Below, piece by piece: positions 30,937 through 39,525 of a DNA stretch of 64,000 bases. The translations under genes and the position numbers were made by a program. Numbering within the stretch: position 1 is the first letter of the stretch; each line of letters begins with the position of its first letter. The notes beneath the pieces are model-generated. The model searched no databases, was not told the origin of the DNA, and was given only the letters and a program-made list of their open reading frames with translations. The DNA lies in NCBI GenBank assembly GCA_051011135.1, contig JBPCUO010000056.1, forward strand, positions 44,315-108,314, read 5' to 3'. This DNA comes from Bdellovibrionales bacterium (lineage in GTDB: Bacteria > Bdellovibrionota > Bdellovibrionia > Bdellovibrionales > UBA1609).

Positions 30937-33582
30937 TTAAATCTTTATTCTCGTTTTTTTAGAACGCGCTTTTTGCCGGCGTCTTTGTTCTCGATTTAAA
31001 GAAGATTCACCATCATCTTGATGTCTTTGCATATTTTCATTGGAAGAAAAATCAAAATTTTGTTTTTCCTCTTCATTATAAATTAAAGTTTCTGCGTCTT
31101 GATTTTGTCTTTCAAATTTAGAATCCGTATTCATTTGAATTTTAAAGAAATTTTCAACAACCTCATTAGAAACTGCAGAATTAACAAACTCAAACATATT
31201 AAAAGTTTCTTTTTTATATTCTATCAAAGGATCTTTTTGAGCAAAAGATCTTAGATTAATTCCTTCTCTCAAATGATCTACATTTTCTAAATGCTCTCTC
31301 CAACGAGCGTCTATCGTCTGTAATAACAAAAACTGAATCAAAGGTTCAAAATGCTCTTTAAGTTCTTCTTTCTTTTGTGCAAATTTATTTTTTACACAAT
31401 TTTTTACATCATGATTTAATTGGTCTAAATTTATTTTTTCTAAAGAAGGAAATTTTATATCTTCATTAAAAGTATTTTTTAAAAAAGCTTCCAATCCTTC
31501 TATGTTCCATTGTTCCTTTCTTTTGTCTTCTCCAGCAAAATTATCTAATTTTTCAGAAATCACATCTCCTAAACGATCTAAAAAAATCCTCTCTAATTTT
31601 CCACCCTGCATAATTTCTTTACGAAGTTTATAAATGGCTGTTCTTTGTTGATTCATAACATTGTCATACTCTAATAAATGCTTTCTAATTTCAAAATTAT
31701 GACCTTCTACTTTTTTCTGAGCATTCGCAATAGCGCGAGTTAATAAACGATCTGTGATAGGAGTATCTTCATCCATTCTTAAAGTGGACATCATTTTTTT
31801 CATTCTATCTCCGCCAAAGATTCTCATAAGATCATCTTCCAAAGATAAATAAAATTTAGAATCCCCCGGATCACCTTGACGACCGGAGCGACCTCTTAAC
31901 TGGTTGTCAATTCTTCGAGATTCATGTCTTTCGGTTCCTATAATGAAAAGCCCGCCAGCTTGAATAACTTCTTCTCTTTCTTTGGCGCATAAATCTTTAA
32001 ATTTATTGAGCCTTTCTTGATAAGAAGCATCCGGTTCATCTTTTTGTTTTTTTCCTGCTAAAAATTCAGGATTTCCACCTAGAATAATATCTGTTCCTCG
32101 ACCTGCCATATTAGTCGCTATAGTAATAGCGCCTTTTCTTCCCGCTTGAGCAACAATCTCTGCTTCTTTGTCATGGTGTTTAGCATTTAAAACTTTATGG
32201 GGAATTTGATCTTGATGAAGATATTGGGAAATTTTTTCGGACTTTTGTATACTCACTGTACCTACTAATACGGGTTGATGTTTCTTATGAAGGACTTTAA
32301 TAGCTTCTACAATTTTTTTAATTTTTATGTCTTCTGTTTTGTAAATCTCGTCATTGCTATCTATTCGACAAATAGGCTTGTTAGTAGGTATAACTTTGAC
32401 CTCTAAACTATAAATCTTTTTAAATTCTTCAGCTTCTGTTTCCGCAGTTCCTGTCATTCCTGATAATTTATTATACATTCTAAAGTAATTTTGAAAAGTA
32501 ATTGTAGAAAGAGTTTGATTTTCAGATTTTACTTTAACACCTTCTTTAACTTCTATCGCTTGATGCAAGCCTTCACTCCAACGCCTTCCTGGCATAAGTC
32601 GACCTGTAAATTCATCGACAATAACAATTTCATCTTTTTGAATCATATAGTCTATATCTTTTTTATAAAGATGATGGGCCTTTAAAGATTGATAAATATT
32701 ATGTAAGTATTCAATATTATTAATGTCATAAAGATTTTCTATTTGTAAAAGACTTTCTGCTTTTGCATTTCCCTCTTCTGTAAGAGAAACCGTTTTTGTT
32801 TTTTCCTCTATGATAAAATGAACTTCTGGTTTTAAATGAGAAATGTTTTTTTTCACTTCATAGTATTTATCTGTAGATCGATCTTTGGGACCTGAAATAA
32901 TAAGAGGAGTTCTCGCTTCATCTATAAGAATAGAATCACATTCATCGACAATAGCAAAATTTAATTCTTTTTGAACACAAGAAGACAGGGAATATTTCAT
33001 ATTGTCTCTTAAGTAGTCAAAACCAAATTCATTATTGGTTCCATAAGTCACATCAGCTCTATAAGCCAGTTGCCTTAGATCATCGTCTAAATCATGTGTC
33101 ACAGCTCCTGTTGTTAAACCTAGAAAATGGTAGACCTGCCCCATCCACTCTCGATCTCTTTGAGCTAAATAATCATTCACAGTTACAATATGAGCACCTT
33201 TGCCCGACAGAGCATTTAAATAGGTCGGCAGCGTAGCCACTAAAGTTTTTCCCTCTCCTGTTTTCATTTCAGCAATTTCGCCTCGATGAAGAACAATTCC
33301 TCCTACCAGCTGCACATCATAATGTCTCATTCCTAAAATTCTTTTAGAAGCTTCTCTACAAACAGCAAAAGCTTCAGGAAGCAAATCATCTAAAGAACGA
33401 CCTTTTTCTATTTGCTCTTTAAAATAAGGGGTTTTGCTTTTTAACTCGTCGTTGCTTAATTCTGCAACCTTTGATTCTAAATCATTAATAGAGGCGACTA
33501 AGGGTTGTAAATCCCTGAGGTCACGATCATATTTTGTTCCAAAAACTCGTGTTAACATTTTAAACATAAGTAAGATTAACAT
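30937..33582 (-). CDS. secA: Preprotein translocase ATPase SecA
   Basis: Motifs MKTGEGKTLVATL, VDECDSILIDEARTPLIISG and TNMAGRGTDI. The likely true start is MLTRVFGTKYDRDL (33558). The C-terminus is basic and lacks the Cys/His zinc-binding tail. Confidence 0.95.
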   Translation of the reverse strand: MLILLMFKMLTRVFGTKYDRDLRDLQPLVASINDLESKVAELSNDELKSKTPYFKEQIEKGRSLDDLLPEAFAVCREASKRILGMRHYDVQLVGGIVLHRGEIAEMKTGEGKTLVATLPTYLNALSGKGAHIVTVNDYLAQRDREWMGQVYHFLGLTTGAVTHDLDDDLRQLAYRADVTYGTNNEFGFDYLRDNMKYSLSSCVQKELNFAIVDECDSILIDEARTPLIISGPKDRSTDKYYEVKKNISHLKPEVHFIIEEKTKTVSLTEEGNAKAESLLQIENLYDINNIEYLHNIYQSLKAHHLYKKDIDYMIQKDEIVIVDEFTGRLMPGRRWSEGLHQAIEVKEGVKVKSENQTLSTITFQNYFRMYNKLSGMTGTAETEAEEFKKIYSLEVKVIPTNKPICRIDSNDEIYKTEDIKIKKIVEAIKVLHKKHQPVLVGTVSIQKSEKISQYLHQDQIPHKVLNAKHHDKEAEIVAQAGRKGAITIATNMAGRGTDIILGGNPEFLAGKKQKDEPDASYQERLNKFKDLCAKEREEVIQAGGLFIIGTERHESRRIDNQLRGRSGRQGDPGDSKFYLSLEDDLMRIFGGDRMKKMMSTLRMDEDTPITDRLLTRAIANAQKKVEGHNFEIRKHLLEYDNVMNQQRTAIYKLRKEIMQGGKLERIFLDRLGDVISEKLDNFAGEDKRKEQWNIEGLEAFLKNTFNEDIKFPSLEKINLDQLNHDVKNCVKNKFAQKKEELKEHFEPLIQFLLLQTIDARWREHLENVDHLREGINLRSFAQKDPLIEYKKETFNMFEFVNSAVSNEVVENFFKIQMNTDSKFERQNQDAETLIYNEEEKQNFDFSSNENMQRHQDDGESSLNREQRRRQKARSKKTRIKI

Positions 33583-33677
33583 AGGGGTTTTAGTTAAAGT
33601 TGTCCATAAATCTCTATGAAGTTTTTTAAATTTTATAAATTGAAAATAAGCCGCTAGGAATTTTGATCGAAACAGTT

Positions 33678-34142
33678 TTATTTATAGGCTTTTAATTGAC
33701 GAATCCCTTCAAATAAAGCCACAGAAACTGCATTCGCTAAATTTAAACTTCTCACCTCTCCCACAAAAGGAATCAATAAACTTTGCTCTTGATACTGGGA
33801 TAAAAGACTTGAATCTAATCCTTTTGTTTCTCTTCCAAAAACAAAAGTATCACCTTGGCAAAAAGAAACATCATAGAGAATTTTTTTTCCTTTCGTTGAA
33901 AAAAACCAAGTTCGAGAAGTGATAGAATTTTCTTTTTCCCAAACAGGCCAATTGTCATACTGTTTATAACTGAGATAAGGCCAGTAATCCAACCCAGCTC
34001 GTTTGAGTCTTTTATCAGAAATTTCAAAACCTAAAGGACCCACTAAATGCAATTCACTTTGAGTTGCTACACATGTTCTTCCTATATTACCTGTATTAGA
34101 AGGTATTTCAGGTTGAACTAAAACGACTTTAAAATTTTTCAT
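33678..34142 (-). CDS. trmL: tRNA (cytidine/uridine-2'-O)-methyltransferase, SpoU/TrmL type
   Basis: 154 aa with VVLVQPEIPSNTGNIGRTC and the C-terminal LNLANAVSVALFE knot motif. Confidence 0.85.
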   Translation of the reverse strand: MKNFKVVLVQPEIPSNTGNIGRTCVATQSELHLVGPLGFEISDKRLKRAGLDYWPYLSYKQYDNWPVWEKENSITSRTWFFSTKGKKILYDVSFCQGDTFVFGRETKGLDSSLLSQYQEQSLLIPFVGEVRSLNLANAVSVALFEGIRQLKAYK

Positions 34143-34144
34143 TC

Positions 34145-34813
34145 CTATTCCAAAGACAGTTGCTGTTGTTTTTTATATCCCTCTAAAGACAAAGTAAAAG
34201 TATTTTTTGGAAATTTTTTATAAAGTCTTTTTATTTTTTTGATCTCTACTTTTTCATTACGAGAGCTCATAAAATAAGCTTGTTTCCAACCTCTTTTGTT
34301 AAAAATCCATTCGATAGAAAAATCCTTCATTTGACATGTTTTTTTATTTTTAAAATCATGGCATACCCAATTCTCCAAGGGAGTCCCTTTTAAAAAAGCA
34401 AAAAACCAACGGGAAGGAATAGAGTCAAATTCTGGTAGAAAAACCTTGCTATTAAACTTGCCTTTATAAAATTCTTTCTTTAAGGGAAGCTGCAAGGTTA
34501 TCTGATCTTGATTTAAAACAAATCTTGATACAGTTCCTCGAAAAGGCACTATAAAATCCACCCTTAATAGCCGATCCCCTCTGCTATAAATATAAGAAGT
34601 TATGGAAGATGTTTTTTGAGATTTTGATTCATAAGTCCATTGAATTACAAAAGCTTGATCCAGGGAGTTTGAATCGTATTTAAAGAGAGTTTGGCAACTT
34701 AATAAGCAGCTAACTGTAAAAAGCTTAAGGCAAAGATGCCAATTGTTTTTTAATTTGTGAGCGTTTTTTCTCATTGGTTTCCAGTTTAAGAGCCTGCTTA
34801 AAGAAATACTCAC
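34145..34813 (-). CDS. Hypothetical lipoprotein
   Basis: Lipobox-like LLSC after a basic N-terminus. No confident family assignment, and any LolB-like resemblance is speculative. The start is uncertain because it overlaps the upstream TPR gene. Confidence 0.5.
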   Translation of the reverse strand: MSISLSRLLNWKPMRKNAHKLKNNWHLCLKLFTVSCLLSCQTLFKYDSNSLDQAFVIQWTYESKSQKTSSITSYIYSRGDRLLRVDFIVPFRGTVSRFVLNQDQITLQLPLKKEFYKGKFNSKVFLPEFDSIPSRWFFAFLKGTPLENWVCHDFKNKKTCQMKDFSIEWIFNKRGWKQAYFMSSRNEKVEIKKIKRLYKKFPKNTFTLSLEGYKKQQQLSLE

Positions 34814-36464
34814 ATTTTTTATAATTTTTCAACTTATAATATGTTTGCCCAAGATGTTTCATAATAGAAACATCTTTTTTGTTATGAGAAAAAGCCTTTT
34901 TCAAATAAAATAAAGCCTTTGGGTAATTCTCCTTTTGAAATAAGACCCAACCTAAAGTGTCTAAAAAATAACTCGAAGAAGGTTGTAAAGACATAGCCTG
35001 ATAAGATAAAGCTTCTGCGTGATCTAAATTTTTCTTTTGGTTTGCGTAAACATAAGCCATAAAGTTCATAGCTTCTGAATGACTGGCATTTATTTCTAAA
35101 ATTTTTTCCATATCTTTTAAAGCCTTTTCTTCTTGATTCACTTCTCTCAAATAAACACCTCTTAAAAAAAGAAGATCTGTATTTTTAGTATGAAGATTTA
35201 TGCCTTTTTCTAAAGCCATAAAAGCCCTTGCCTGCATCCCTTCTTCCCAAAGATATTGAGCATAAACCAAAAAAGGTTTTGGATCCTTGGATTGTTGAGA
35301 AGATAATGTGGTTTTCTTCAATAGATGAAGAGCTTTTTTGGTATCACCTTTTTCCTTCCATACTTGCCCTTGCTGCAATTGAGCCGCTAAAAAATAAGGA
35401 CTTCCCTTTGTTACTTTTTGATACTGTTGTAAGGATTTATTCCAGTTTTTATTTTCCCCATAAACAATTCCTAATAAATAATTATAGTAATGATTAGAGG
35501 GATGTTTCTTTATTAAATCTTGAAGAAAAGGTATCGTTTTATCATATTGATTTTTTGATAATAAAAAAGCCGTTATAAAAAAATAATGAGTATCTTCTAA
35601 AGCGCTTAAATTTTGCAAATAGCGAAATTGCTTATAAGCACCCTCTTTTTGATTTAAAAATAAAAAAACATCAAATAAAGCTTTTGAAATTTTTATAGAA
35701 CTTTCTTCTTTTTGTTGATAAGCAAGTAGCAGTTGTTTTGCTTTTTTATACTGATGAGAAGATATATAAAATTGAGATGCCTTTAAAATAAAATCTTCTT
35801 CCCTAAGATTTAAGTTTAATATCTGTTGAAAAATCCTATTTTGTCTTAAAGATTTGAATCTATTATTATCAATATAAGCTTTCACTAATAAGGCTTCTCC
35901 TTTTTCCAAAGAAGTCTTTGCATTTTCCAAAGACTTTTCTAAAGCTTTCAAAGCACCTTCCCAATCGCGTTCCGCCAGGTAAAAACGAGCTTTTTGAAAG
36001 TTAATAGTAAAAGATTTTTTGTCATCTACATTTTTATAAGCTTTCAGTGCCTCTTGATTTAAATCTCTAAGAGAATAAAGATTTCCTAATTTCAAATAAA
36101 AATCTCTATGCTTGGTTTTTTGAGCTAAATCCTCATATTGCTTTATGGCTTCTGCCAGAAGATTTTCCTGCTCATAGATCCCTGCTAAACGAGATCTCAA
36201 ATGCAAAGAGTTGGGAGCCAATAAACAAGCCTCTTTGAGGTAATCAATAGCAAGAACGGGCTGATGATTAAAATAGGCCATTTCTGCTCGAAGATATAAA
36301 GCATCGGCTTGAGTTTGATAATAATCCTGATCGATAACAGGAGAATTAGACACTTTTAAAAGATTAAGATTCTTGTTTTCAGATAAACTTTTTAAAGAAA
36401 AGCAAGAAAAAAATAAAAGAATAAAAACAAGTCTTTTCCTCCTATTTTGTAAATAAAATCTCAT
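34725..36464 (-). CDS. Secreted TPR-repeat protein
   Basis: Signal peptide followed by many 34-aa TPR-like units (recurrent A..Y/ A..AL..P patterns) across 579 aa. Confidence 0.7.
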   Translation of the reverse strand: MRFYLQNRRKRLVFILLFFSCFSLKSLSENKNLNLLKVSNSPVIDQDYYQTQADALYLRAEMAYFNHQPVLAIDYLKEACLLAPNSLHLRSRLAGIYEQENLLAEAIKQYEDLAQKTKHRDFYLKLGNLYSLRDLNQEALKAYKNVDDKKSFTINFQKARFYLAERDWEGALKALEKSLENAKTSLEKGEALLVKAYIDNNRFKSLRQNRIFQQILNLNLREEDFILKASQFYISSHQYKKAKQLLLAYQQKEESSIKISKALFDVFLFLNQKEGAYKQFRYLQNLSALEDTHYFFITAFLLSKNQYDKTIPFLQDLIKKHPSNHYYNYLLGIVYGENKNWNKSLQQYQKVTKGSPYFLAAQLQQGQVWKEKGDTKKALHLLKKTTLSSQQSKDPKPFLVYAQYLWEEGMQARAFMALEKGINLHTKNTDLLFLRGVYLREVNQEEKALKDMEKILEINASHSEAMNFMAYVYANQKKNLDHAEALSYQAMSLQPSSSYFLDTLGWVLFQKENYPKALFYLKKAFSHNKKDVSIMKHLGQTYYKLKNYKKCEYFFKQALKLETNEKKRSQIKKQLASLP

Positions 36465-36601
36465 ACCTAATTTTTCGGACTTTAAGAATAGAATCTTAAA
36501 TATTTAAGTATGAAAAACTCTTAAGAAATGCATTTGATGTTTAAAAAATAATCATTATCTTATTTATGAAGAATCTCTTTCATATTCCTGATATTTTAGC
36601 A

Positions 36602-36630
36602 TTGACAGATTTTTTAAACTTAGAATATAC
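36602..36630 (+). promoter_or_regulatory. Tentative sigma70-type promoter for the PhaR-like gene
   Basis: TTGACA (36602-36607), a 17-nt spacer, then ATATAC within TAGAATATAC, about 75 nt upstream of the GTG start. Pattern match only. Confidence 0.3.
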
Positions 36631-36706
36631 AAAACTAAGGGACTGGAATACTATAGGATGAGTTTCAAAATACTGGCATTAAGCCTTAACTTCAAAAGGA
36701 GATAAA

Positions 36707-37237
36707 GTGGATCGCAAAACATTTCAAACTAATCAAGAAAGCAAGAGTAATCGTCCAAAAATCATTAAAAAATATGGAAATAGAAAATTGTATGATACGG
36801 AAAAAAGCTCTTATGTCGTATTAAAAGATATTGAAAAGATGATACGAAATGAAGAAGAAATTCGTGTTATTGATAATGAAACTCAAGACGATATTACAAT
36901 CCCAACTTTAACTCAGATTATTTTTGGAGCTGAAAAAAAATCTAATGTCTCTGCTCCTTTAGATATATTAAAATCTATTATCAAAGAAGGAGATGGAGGC
37001 TTTTCTTCCTTTTTATCAAAACTTGGTCTCTTTAAAGCTGAAAATAATTTAAAACCTTCTGAAAAAAGTGATTCTATAAAAGAAGCTCTAGGAACATCTA
37101 AGAAAAAAAGATCTGGATTCTCTTCAGAAAATGTAGAAGAGAAATTAGCAAGTCTTATCACTTCTGATGAAACAAGAGTCTCTAGTTCAGACAGTGTTAT
37201 TCCTCATTTACCAGGCAGTGGTCTTAATAACGAATAA
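36707..37237 (+). CDS. PhaR-like DNA-binding protein (PHB/PHA accumulation regulator N-terminal domain) with a Ser-rich tail
   Basis: GTG start with a GGAG SD. KIIKKYGNRKLYDTEKSSYVVLKDIEKMIRNEEEIRVIDNETQDDITIPTLTQIIF matches the conserved PhaR N-terminal domain pattern. Confidence 0.7.
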   Translation: MDRKTFQTNQESKSNRPKIIKKYGNRKLYDTEKSSYVVLKDIEKMIRNEEEIRVIDNETQDDITIPTLTQIIFGAEKKSNVSAPLDILKSIIKEGDGGFSSFLSKLGLFKAENNLKPSEKSDSIKEALGTSKKKRSGFSSENVEEKLASLITSDETRVSSSDSVIPHLPGSGLNNE

Positions 37238-37472
37238 AAGAACTCTTAGAGAACATATATGTATCTATAAATAAGATCTCTTAATTTATAGACTTCAATA
37301 AAATTAGAAGCTCGCCTGGAGTTATTAAGAGCATGTTTATCATAATTAAAAGTATAATTTTTACAATAATATAGACGATTTAAAACCCCATTTATTTTAA
37401 AATCTAAAATACTTTACTATATAGCTAAGTTAGTATAAAAAAATGTAGAAAAATAAAACCAAGGAGAAAATT

Positions 37473-37919
37473 ATGTTACATACATTACTCTTATCAACAC
37501 TTTCGTTATCTATATTTTCGTTATCTATTGTTTCACAACAGGACAATTCTTTAATGCATGTTTCTTATGAAGGAGATTCAAAAGCTGTACAAGTATTAGT
37601 AGATTCTGGAGCGGATGTGAATGCAAGAAATGATGTAGGACAAACCGCTTTAATGTTTGCTTCTTATGAAGGACATTCAGAAACTGTAAAAGTATTAGTT
37701 AAAGCCGGAGCGGATGTGAATGTAATAAACATACTTGGAGGCACCGCTTTAATGTTTGCTTCTTATAACGGAAATTCAGAAGCTGTAAAAGTATTAGTAG
37801 ATGCTGGAGCTTATGTGAATGCAAGAGATGAAAAAGGACAAACCGCTTTAGTGTTTGCTTCTTATAAAGGACATTCAGAAGCTGTACAATTATTACGCGA
37901 TGCTGGAGCGACTAAGTAA
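37473..37919 (+). CDS. Ankyrin-repeat protein with an N-terminal signal-like hydrophobic segment
   Basis: AAGGAG SD. About four ankyrin units follow the consensus pattern G(A/S)DVNA..(G)QTALMFAS..GH.E.VK.LV, and a strong terminator follows. Confidence 0.85.
   Translation: MLHTLLLSTLSLSIFSLSIVSQQDNSLMHVSYEGDSKAVQVLVDSGADVNARNDVGQTALMFASYEGHSETVKVLVKAGADVNVINILGGTALMFASYNGNSEAVKVLVDAGAYVNARDEKGQTALVFASYKGHSEAVQLLRDAGATK
37602..37898 (+). repeat. Three tandem 99-bp (33-codon) ankyrin-unit repeats with high nucleotide identity
   Basis: Units lie at 37602-37700, 37701-37799 and 37800-37898. My hand alignment of units 1 and 3 shows about 15 differences in 99 nt. A partial unit precedes at about 37549. 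Confidence 0.85.
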
Positions 37920-37941
37920 TAGAAAAAAAATTAACTCATTT

Positions 37942-37975
37942 AAAAGGCAGTTCCTATAGGAACTGCCTTTTTTTA
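37942..37975 (+). terminator. Rho-independent terminator of the ankyrin gene
   Basis: A 13-bp perfect stem (AAAAGGCAGTTCC / GGAACTGCCTTTT) with a TATA loop, followed by a T-run. Confidence 0.85.
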
Positions 37976-38021
37976 TTTAATTAAGTTTAGATACTTATTA
38001 ATAATTATTATTTTAGCAAAA

Positions 38022-38113
38022 TGGCGGAGAGAGAGGGATTCGAACCCTCGGTACGGTATAACCCGCACGGCTATTTAGCAAACAGCTGGTTTCAGCCTCT
38101 CACCCATCTCTCC
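38022..38113 (-). tRNA. tRNA-Ser (anticodon GCU), class II with a long variable arm, CCA encoded
   Basis: The reverse complement folds as acceptor GGAGAGA/TCTCTCC, anticodon stem GCTGT/ATAGC, loop TTGCTAA, long variable arm, T-arm GAGGG-TTCGAAT-CCCTC and 3' GCCA. Confidence 0.9.
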
Positions 38114-38121
38114 AATATAAA

Positions 38122-38730
38122 TTAAGGTCTTGATAATTTTTGTTTTGGCTTTAATAAAGAAGAAATAAAACTACTCCTACATTTCTTTTTATGCTTTTTA
38201 AAATTTGATACCTTCCAACTAGATATATGTTTCAATTTTAAATTTCGCTTGTTATTAATAATCTCAAGTGGTCTTTTACTTTCCATTATCTCAGCCACCT
38301 CTCTAGGGTTTATCCCAGCATAGGAATCTTTATTTATATTAGCTCCTTGATCAAGAAGTAATTCAATGACCTTTTCAGCATATTCACTAATCTCTTTTTC
38401 TTCGGTCAATTTATAAAGAACAATATGTAAAGGAGTATATTTATTATGAGCAGTTCGCTTATTCACTTTTGCTCCATATTGCAAAAGAGTATTTACAAGA
38501 TTTAAATAATCAGGTGATGCTTCAGATATAAGACTAGCTACAGTATGAAGAGGAGCCCAACCATCATTGACAGTATTCATATTTACATACTTACCTTTTG
38601 ATCTTTGAATCATCAAAACAGCAGATTTAAAATCTTTGTTAAAAATAGCTTCTTCAAAATCGATAAAATTATCCGCTTGTAAAAAAATAGGGAAAAATAG
38701 GAAAAATAGGAGGCAGAACTTGATTTTCAT
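38122..38730 (-). CDS. Ankyrin-repeat protein with a signal peptide and a basic C-terminal tail
   Basis: Signal peptide MKIKFCLLFFLFFPIFLQA. Ankyrin-like units include APLHTVAS...LLQYGAKVN, TPLHIVL and LLLDQGANIN. Confidence 0.7.
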   Translation of the reverse strand: MKIKFCLLFFLFFPIFLQADNFIDFEEAIFNKDFKSAVLMIQRSKGKYVNMNTVNDGWAPLHTVASLISEASPDYLNLVNTLLQYGAKVNKRTAHNKYTPLHIVLYKLTEEKEISEYAEKVIELLLDQGANINKDSYAGINPREVAEIMESKRPLEIINNKRNLKLKHISSWKVSNFKKHKKKCRSSFISSLLKPKQKLSRP

Positions 38731-38856
38731 AAGATATACGAAATACCACTAAATGATAAAAACCAGTAGAAAAAAATGATAAAATAAATAAAAATCTTAA
38801 ATATTTAAAAATTAAGGACAAAAATAGAAAAATTTTATAAAGTTTGTTTTAAAATA

Positions 38857-38933
38857 TGCGCCCGTAGCTCAATTGGATAGAGTGTCTGACTACGGATCAG
38901 AAGGTTAGGGGTTCAACTCCTCTCGGGCGCGCC
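38857..38933 (+). tRNA. tRNA-Arg (anticodon ACG), CCA encoded
   Basis: Cloverleaf with acceptor GCGCCCG/CGGGCGC, D-arm GCTC..GAGT, anticodon stem TCTGA/TCAGA, loop CTACGGA and T-arm AGGGG-TTCAACT-CCTCT. Confidence 0.92.
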
Positions 38934-38954
38934 ATTTATCTTGTAAAAATTGAA

Positions 38955-39470
38955 TTATTTTAAAGGAATTCTTCTTACTGAAATAACTTGATAATTCTCA
39001 TCTAAAGTTACTTCATAGCCATCTTCTCTAGCATTTTTTACTAAAGATTCCGCCCGCTCTTTGGTTAAAACTTCATAACCCGCATTTAAGAATTGGTAGT
39101 GTTGATTTTCTAAATTTTCTTCTAAATTTGTTTTTTTACGCTTTTGTCCTGTTTTATCTTCAAGATCTTTAAGTAGCTCTTGCTCATATTCTTTTTGAAA
39201 CTCCTTTTCTAACTGATCTTCTATAGAGAAAGAAGATTTCTTATTTTTTTTCAATTTATCTTTCCATGGAGCAGAAACAGAAACGCTAGAATAGTCTTCA
39301 CTTTTTTTATCTAATAAAAAATCTTCAGCATATTCTAGTTCTTCTTGTGAAAAATTTGCAATATTTCTAAAACCAGAAGAAGGCAATAAATACCAAGCTA
39401 ATAAAAGAAATAGAAATAGAAAACTTAAAGCCAAAAAAATATTTTTTTTAGAAGTCATTAGTTTTTTCAT
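38955..39470 (-). CDS. Hypothetical membrane-anchored or secreted protein
   Basis: 171 aa with an N-terminal TM or signal segment and a charged coiled-coil-like middle. No recognised motif. Confidence 0.5.
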   Translation of the reverse strand: MKKLMTSKKNIFLALSFLFLFLLLAWYLLPSSGFRNIANFSQEELEYAEDFLLDKKSEDYSSVSVSAPWKDKLKKNKKSSFSIEDQLEKEFQKEYEQELLKDLEDKTGQKRKKTNLEENLENQHYQFLNAGYEVLTKERAESLVKNAREDGYEVTLDENYQVISVRRIPLK

Positions 39471-39525
39471 ATATTACATTATCGGAAAATCCAGCATCTT
39501 TCTTTAGAGAATTTTTAATTCCAAT

